Shown here: positions 26,769 to 32,000 of the stretch, piece by piece
How positions within the stretch are numbered: the first letter of the stretch is position 1
Layout of the letters: each line of letters begins with the position of its first letter
Source of the DNA: an uncultured bacterium
Lineage (GTDB): Bacteria; Margulisbacteria; WOR-1; CAVSGV01
Assembly: GCA_963699255.1 (NCBI GenBank)
Contig: OY969425.1
Coordinates: forward strand, 570,001 to 602,000
Length of the DNA stretch: 32,000 nt
Direction of reading: 5' to 3'
Made by a program: the position numbers and the translations under genes
The notes under the pieces: model-generated
Seen by the model: the letters and a program-made list of their open reading frames with translations, nothing else
Told to the model about the DNA's origin: nothing
Databases searched by the model: none

Positions 26769-28175
26769 ATGATAAAATTCGGCACCGACGGCTGGCGTGC
26801 TGTAATATCCGATGACTTCACTTTTGAGAACGTAAGGATCGTAGCGCAGGCATACTGCAACTATCTGAAAAAGAACGGTCTCCACGGTCAGGGCATAGTC
26901 ATAGGATATGACAACAGGTTCCAGTCCGAGGATTTTGCGTTCGAATCGGCAAAGGTCGCCGCATCCAATAATATAAAGGCTTATCTCACCGGATCGGTCC
27001 CCTCCCCTGTCATATCATTCACCGTTAAGAACAGGTCCCTCGGCGGGGGAATAATGATAACCGCTTCCCACAATCCCTCCCAGTGGAACGGCTTCAAGAT
27101 AAAATCACAGTTCGGATGCTCGGCTTCGGGGCAAACAACAAAAGATATCGAAGCCGAATTGTTGAACGTGAAAGCCCCGGTCATCACTTCGGATCATCCG
27201 GACCTTATCGTGAAGATCGATCCGAAAGAAGATTATTTTACGCACATCTCAAAGTTCGTAGATCTTGCAAAAATAAAGCAGGCCGGCATAAACATTGTGA
27301 TCGATCCCATGCACGGAAGCGCGGCCGGCTATGTGAAGGAGATCCTGGCCAGGAATGGCATCGGCTGCAAGGAAATAAACAGCGCGAGGGACCCGCTGTT
27401 CGGAGGTATAAATCCCGAACCGATCCCTCTGAACCTCGCGGAGCTTTCCGACCTGGTAAAAGACAGCGGCATAACGGATCCCGGTCTGTGGATCGGGCTG
27501 GCAACGGACGGCGACGGCGACAGGATAGGCGGGGTTGACGGGCAGGGTAACTTCCTTACTTCTCACGATATGTTCGTTCTGCTGCTGAAGCATCTGGTGG
27601 AGAACAAAAAACTCTCAGGCTCCGTGATCAAGACCTTCAACATAACGAACCTGGTAGGCATGCTCGCAAGCAAATACAAATTGACCGTCCATGAAACTCC
27701 CATAGGTTTTAAATATATTGCCGACCATATGCTGAAGGAAGATGTCCTGATAGGAGGCGAGGAATCGGGAGGGATCGGGATAAAAGGCCACGTTCCGGAA
27801 CGCGACGGCGTTCTTAATTCGCTATTACTGCTCGAATGCATCGCCTGTTACAAAAAAGACGCGAGAGCCATTTTGAACAGCGTGATGGATGAGTTCGGGT
27901 ACTTTTACTACGACAGGATAGATATCCATCTGACGGAGGAACAAAGGAACAGGGTCAGGTCAAAGCTGGGCGTTCTTAAACCGGGGACCTTTATCGGGGA
28001 AAAAGTAACGGACATGCAGGACCTGGACGGCATCAAGATGTTCCTTGAAGACAGGAGCTGGATATTGTTCAGGCTGTCGGGGACCGAACCCCTTGTCAGG
28101 ATATACTGCGAAGCCACTTCGATCGACAAGGTCAAAAGAATGCTGGGTGAAGGGGAGAAACTGCTGCTGGGCTGA
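26769..28175 (+). CDS. Phosphohexomutase (phosphoglucomutase/phosphomannomutase family)
   Basis: MIKFGTDGWRAVI start, TASHNPSQWNGFKIK catalytic serine loop, ATDGDGDRIGG metal-binding loop, GEESGGIG sugar-binding loop, RLSGTEPLVRIYCEA phosphate-binding loop. The ORF-track start at 26712 overlaps the PBP gene; ATG 26769 matches the family N-terminus. Confidence 0.94.
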   Translation: MIKFGTDGWRAVISDDFTFENVRIVAQAYCNYLKKNGLHGQGIVIGYDNRFQSEDFAFESAKVAASNNIKAYLTGSVPSPVISFTVKNRSLGGGIMITASHNPSQWNGFKIKSQFGCSASGQTTKDIEAELLNVKAPVITSDHPDLIVKIDPKEDYFTHISKFVDLAKIKQAGINIVIDPMHGSAAGYVKEILARNGIGCKEINSARDPLFGGINPEPIPLNLAELSDLVKDSGITDPGLWIGLATDGDGDRIGGVDGQGNFLTSHDMFVLLLKHLVENKKLSGSVIKTFNITNLVGMLASKYKLTVHETPIGFKYIADHMLKEDVLIGGEESGGIGIKGHVPERDGVLNSLLLLECIACYKKDARAILNSVMDEFGYFYYDRIDIHLTEEQRNRVRSKLGVLKPGTFIGEKVTDMQDLDGIKMFLEDRSWILFRLSGTEPLVRIYCEATSIDKVKRMLGEGEKLLLG

Positions 28176-28199
28176 TCACTCAATTGCGGAACCAAAGGA

Positions 28200-28370
28200 A
28201 AAACGGGATATAGGAATATGGGAATATAGTTTGGGGATAATGGAAAAAAGGAATACAGGAAAAGTCCTCAGACAAAAAATCGAGATCTAATTCCATCGAG
28301 TTCTAATTCCCGTATCCCTCATTTCCTAAACCATATCCCTATATCCCCATATTCCCACATTCCAATGATT
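28200..28370. repeat. Intergenic AT-rich imperfect palindromic repeat, copy 2 (opposite orientation to copy 1)
   Basis: Left arm 'gggatataggaatatgggaatatagtttggggataatgg' and right arm 'catttcctaaaccatatccctatatccccatattcccacattcc'. The reverse complement aligns to copy 1. Confidence 0.65.
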
Positions 28371-28373
28371 TCC

Positions 28374-29756
28374 TTACTGCCCCAGTTTCTGCTGTATCTC
28401 TTTCTCAAATTTCTCTTTTTTATCTATCCTCGCCAGCTCAGCCCGCTCTTTTGCCGCGTCGGCCTTGGCTCCGATGTTATCGAATATCTTCTTCAACTCC
28501 GTGTGCATATCCTTGTCATCGCCGGCAATGAGCGACGCCTTCCTGTAGCTCTGGAGCGCCAGATCGTTCTTTTTCAGGCCGTGATAGGCGTCTCCCACGG
28601 CGATCAAAAGGTTCGCGTCGGCGCCGCTGAAATCACCGGCTTTCCCGTATTCCAGAAGGGCGAATTCAGCGTTCCCGGCTCCCTTGTACGCGTCGCCCAG
28701 GAACAGGTGAACATACGGGTTTGACGGATCATCCATGCTCGCCTGATTATAAGCAGCGATCGCTTCATTTATTTTCCCCATAAGGTACAAAGAATTCGCC
28801 TTTATGAGCGGTTCGTTTATCTCAACTTTCTCCTTCTGGCTCAGCTGATACATCCATTTTTTCAGCGCCTGGTCCTGCTTCTCTGCAAGCACTTCCTCGT
28901 TCAGGTCTTTGCCCTTTTCTTTGATCTTTCTGAGCCGCGTATCTTCCACCTGGATGATATGGTAGCCGTAAGAGGTTCTAACGATACCGCTTACCTCTCC
29001 GGGTTTAAGAGAGAACGCCGCTTTTTCAAATTCAGGGACCATCGCTCCGGTCGTAAAGAACCCCAGATCCCCGCCTTTTTTTGCGCTCACCGTATCATCT
29101 GAATATTTTGCAGCCAGGGCAGCAAAACTCTCGCCCTTTTTGATCCTGGAAAGCAGCTCTTCGGCCTTTGCCCTCGCCTCAAGATCGCCTTTTTGGTCCG
29201 CGCTCTTTGGCATGATCAGGATATGCCTTGCTTTTACTTCCCTCAGATCATCGGCCGTTATCGTTACTTCTGATCTTACCTTGTTCATCATTTTTGCGAC
29301 AAGTATCTCTTCCTTTATGTTGTTCCTGAAATCAGAATAATCCTGCCCTATGTTCTTTAACGCGCTTTTCAGAGTGTCCCTGTTCGGGATCTTATTCGCC
29401 TGCATTATCTGATCCACAGCCTGATCTACCTCTCCCCCTCCCACCCTGCAATTCTTTTTCGCGTCATCAAGCATTATCGTGAAATCTATGACCTGCTGCA
29501 GCGCCATGGTCTGGTACAGCATCACATCCTGGGGCTTTTTCCGCCCTTTATCTTTGGACATGATCTTTTGTATCGTTTGTTCCAGTCTTTTGTGGTCGAT
29601 CTCTTTCCCGTTGATCGTGGCTATGGATCCCTTTTTAGGGCTCTCCTGCACGCCCTTTATGCCCCTGTAACTGAGACCGTAAAACATCGTCGCCGCAAAA
29701 AGTACGGCGACAATTATCATTATCGTCTTCATTTTTCTCCTTAAATATGAAAGCAT
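28374..29756 (-). CDS. Membrane-anchored/secreted PpiC-type (parvulin) peptidyl-prolyl isomerase with C-terminal TPR-like repeats
   Basis: N-terminal hydrophobic anchor; INGKEI..(R)LEQ SurA_N-like region; parvulin core KARHILI..FAALAAKYSDD..AKKGGDLGFF..MVPEFEKAAFSLKPGEVSGIVRTSYGYHIIQVED; TPR-like YLMGKINEAIAAYNQASMDDPSNPYVHLFLGDAYKGAGNAEFALLEY. Confidence 0.92.
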   Translation of the reverse strand: MLSYLRRKMKTIMIIVAVLFAATMFYGLSYRGIKGVQESPKKGSIATINGKEIDHKRLEQTIQKIMSKDKGRKKPQDVMLYQTMALQQVIDFTIMLDDAKKNCRVGGGEVDQAVDQIMQANKIPNRDTLKSALKNIGQDYSDFRNNIKEEILVAKMMNKVRSEVTITADDLREVKARHILIMPKSADQKGDLEARAKAEELLSRIKKGESFAALAAKYSDDTVSAKKGGDLGFFTTGAMVPEFEKAAFSLKPGEVSGIVRTSYGYHIIQVEDTRLRKIKEKGKDLNEEVLAEKQDQALKKWMYQLSQKEKVEINEPLIKANSLYLMGKINEAIAAYNQASMDDPSNPYVHLFLGDAYKGAGNAEFALLEYGKAGDFSGADANLLIAVGDAYHGLKKNDLALQSYRKASLIAGDDKDMHTELKKIFDNIGAKADAAKERAELARIDKKEKFEKEIQQKLGQ

Positions 29757-29775
29757 GTTTTTCTCTCCTGTCTCA

Positions 29776-29840
29776 CCCCTTCTGTCCCTCGCTTATGCTC
29801 GGGACATCTCCCCCTTAGTAAGGGGGAGACACAGAGGGGG
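29776..29840. repeat. Nested inverted-repeat hairpin in ftsX-PPIase spacer
   Basis: Perfect stem CTCCCCCTT-AGT-AAGGGGGAG (29808-29828). Outer arms CCCCTTCTGT (29776-29785) and ACAGAGGGGG (29831-29840) pair 9/10. A second inner pair is GTCCC (29784-29788) / GGGAC (29801-29805). Confidence 0.75.
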
Positions 29841-30728
29841 TTAACTGAATTCTTTCAAAGACTTTGAGACTGAAATGTATCCCCCGAGCATTCCAAGAAA
29901 CACTCCCACGCATCCAACGATCAAATACACAGCGATAAGATGTTTCTGGTCGATTATCAGAGGAAGGAACGGCAAAGCCCGCATCGCCTGCACAAGCACC
30001 AGATCATAGGTCATCTTTAAGATCACAAATGAAAATATCGAGCCGATCATACCGATGATCACGCCTTCTATTATAAAGGGCCATTTTATGAAAGTGTTGG
30101 TCGCTCCAACCAGTTTCATTATGGAGATATCTTTTTCTCTCGCTATAACGGTAAGCCTTATCGTATTGATCACAATGAGCAGCGTAGCGACCGAAAGCAT
30201 GCAGACCAATATCAGTCCGCCTATCCTTATGGCGGAGGCAAGGGATTCAACCTGTTCTATCAGCTTGCCGCTGAACCTGACCTCTGATATGGAAGGCATC
30301 ACCGATATCTGCTTCGCGACCGATGCCACAAGCTCCGGTATCTGCACGGTAACATTAAAGGTGTCAGGAAGAGGATTATCGGAAACAGCGTCTTCCAGCT
30401 TCAAGTTCCCGCCGTATTCCTCTTTGAATTTTTTCCACGCATTCTCTTTTGAAATATATTTAACGTCCGCCACGCCGCGCAGCATTGATATCCGGTTAAT
30501 AATGCTGTCGACCTCATATTTATCAAGGGACTTGTCCACATAAGCGGAGACCTGTACGTTGCTGCTAATGCCGCCGATAATGCTCCCGATATTCGCGACG
30601 CCCATCAGGAACACGCCGAAGACAGTAAGGGAAACAATGACCGTTCCCACCGCAACGAAGCTCATGATCCCGCTTCTCTTAAAGCCCGTCCATGCCTCGC
30701 TTACGAAGAACTCGATGCTATTTAGCAC
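29841..30728 (-). CDS. ftsX: Cell division protein FtsX (permease-like)
   Basis: Single N-terminal TM, periplasmic domain with VSAYVDKSL and ADVKYISKENAWKKFKEEYG, three C-terminal TMs, EKDISIMKLVGATNTFIKWPF motif; overlaps ftsE. Confidence 0.95.
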   Translation of the reverse strand: MLNSIEFFVSEAWTGFKRSGIMSFVAVGTVIVSLTVFGVFLMGVANIGSIIGGISSNVQVSAYVDKSLDKYEVDSIINRISMLRGVADVKYISKENAWKKFKEEYGGNLKLEDAVSDNPLPDTFNVTVQIPELVASVAKQISVMPSISEVRFSGKLIEQVESLASAIRIGGLILVCMLSVATLLIVINTIRLTVIAREKDISIMKLVGATNTFIKWPFIIEGVIIGMIGSIFSFVILKMTYDLVLVQAMRALPFLPLIIDQKHLIAVYLIVGCVGVFLGMLGGYISVSKSLKEFS

Positions 30729-31404
30729 TTCCGTAAACCCCCAGCTGTTCGTCCCTTATTATCCGCCCCGCTTCAAGGGCTATGACGCGTTTTCTCATGA
30801 TATCCACTATGTTCTTATTGTGGGTGGTGACAATGACGGTGGTCCTTCTTTTATTTATCTTGTCGAGAAGGTTGATGATCTCCCAGGAAGTAGCGGGGTC
30901 CAGGTTCCCCGTCGGCTCGTCCGCGATCAGAAGAGGCGGATTGTTCACGATAGCTCTTGCGATGCACGCTCTCTGCTGCTCTCCGCCGGAAAGATCATTT
31001 GGAAAACTGTCCGCCTTTTTCTGCAGGCCCACCAGTTCCAGCGCGAGAGAAACATGCCGCCTTATCATAGACCTTGGATGTCCGACCACCTGCATGGCAA
31101 AAGCTATGTTCTCCCACACGGTCCTCTTCGGCAGAAGCTTGAAATCCTGAAAAACGACGCCCATGTTCCTTCTTAAATAAGGGACCTGATAGGATTTAAG
31201 CTGCCCCACATTGATCTTGTCGATTATCACCTGTCCGGAAGTCGGAAGTTCTTCCCTGTACAGAAGCTTCATAAGGGTCGTTTTCCCCGATCCGCTCGGC
31301 CCGACGATGAAAATGAATTCTTCTTTTCCGATGTGGAGATTTATATCGTTCAGGGCTTCAAAATTATTGTGGTAGACCTTGGAAACGCCAACAAGTTGTA
31401 TCAT
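30718..31404 (-). CDS. ftsE: Cell division ATP-binding protein FtsE
   Basis: Walker A GPSGSGKTTLMKLL, NMGVVFQDFKLLPKRTVWENIAF, signature LSGGEQQRACIARAI, Walker B PPLLIADEPTG. Confidence 0.96.
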   Translation of the reverse strand: MIQLVGVSKVYHNNFEALNDINLHIGKEEFIFIVGPSGSGKTTLMKLLYREELPTSGQVIIDKINVGQLKSYQVPYLRRNMGVVFQDFKLLPKRTVWENIAFAMQVVGHPRSMIRRHVSLALELVGLQKKADSFPNDLSGGEQQRACIARAIVNNPPLLIADEPTGNLDPATSWEIINLLDKINKRRTTVIVTTHNKNIVDIMRKRVIALEAGRIIRDEQLGVYGSAK

Positions 31405-32000
31405 CTATTTATATAAGGGGAATTTGCTGCAAAGCTCTTTAATGCCGGAAGCGACATCCTTTTTCACTTTTTCATCTTCCGGGTTTGAAAGAGTTCTGTT
31501 TATGAACGAGCCGATCATTTTCATCTCATCTTCCTTCATGCCCCGCGTAGTAAGCGCGGGCGTCCCTATCCTTATCCCGGAAGCGACCGAAGCCGCGGCT
31601 GTCTCGAACGGAATGGTGTTCTTGTTCACGGTGATCCCTACAGCGTCAAGAAAAGTTTCCGCCTGCTTGCCCGTAAGATTTTTGTTCCTCAGATCGATGA
31701 GCATAAGGTGGGTATCGGTCCCGCGCGAAACAAGCCTGAAACCGTGTTTCATTAGTTCGTCAGCCAGCGTCTTCGCGTTCTTGATTATCTGCTCCTGATA
31801 TTTTTTGAACTCCGGTTTAAGAGCTTCCCCGAACGCCACCGCTTTCGCGGCGATCACATGCATAAGAGGCCCTCCCTGGCTTCCCGGGAAAACCGACTTA
31901 TTCACCTGTTTGGCATATATTTCAGGGCAAAATATCGCTCCGCCTCTCGGTCCCCTTAATGTTTTATGCGTCGTGGTCGTTACCACGTGTGAACACGGGA
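31405..32000 (-). CDS. glyA: Serine hydroxymethyltransferase, C-terminal part; 5' end beyond window
   Basis: PLP-lysine motif [56 protein letters not shown]. The frame stays open upstream of the called ORF start to 32000. Confidence 0.95.
   Translation of the reverse strand, partial: PCSHVVTTTTHKTLRGPRGGAIFCPEIYAKQVNKSVFPGSQGGPLMHVIAAKAVAFGEALKPEFKKYQEQIIKNAKTLADELMKHGFRLVSRGTDTHLMLIDLRNKNLTGKQAETFLDAVGITVNKNTIPFETAAASVASGIRIGTPALTTRGMKEDEMKMIGSFINRTLSNPEDEKVKKDVASGIKELCSKFPLYK

Noticed and set aside
27083-27538. 151-aa plus-strand ORF inside the phosphohexomutase gene
   Set aside because: Alternate frame of a well-supported gene; arginine-rich composition typical of out-of-frame translation.
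30559-31176. 205-aa plus-strand ORF opposite ftsE/ftsX
   Set aside because: Antisense to well-supported ftsE and ftsX, no recognizable domain.

Overview
The window is dominated by one giant minus-strand reading unit running from 24459 off the left edge at 1 (>8,150 codons, 3' end not in the window). Its layout is: signal peptide, 16 tandem YVTN-type beta-propeller repeats, an Ig-like linker, then 13 recurring modules of 1.3-2.4 kb. Each module has a header (WYVDAASPEG..), a right-handed parallel beta-helix with Chlamydia-Pmp-like GGGI/FxSN rungs, a DxGxVxMGYHYxGY cap and an Ig-like domain; three junctions also carry FN3 domains. The ORF track shows it as four ORFs, but protein continuity across the breaks points to four single-base indels, at about 42, 1030, 3855 and 9900-9904. 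The rest looks like ordinary housekeeping DNA: a class A penicillin-binding protein and a phosphohexomutase on +, then a PpiC-type PPIase with TPRs, ftsX, ftsE and partial glyA on -. Two spacers (about 24520-24690 and 28200-28370) carry related, oppositely oriented, imperfectly palindromic AT-rich repeats. A third spacer, between ftsX and the PPIase gene, carries a compact nested hairpin. The strongest candidate for something undescribed is the giant mosaic surface protein and the way its modules seem to have expanded.
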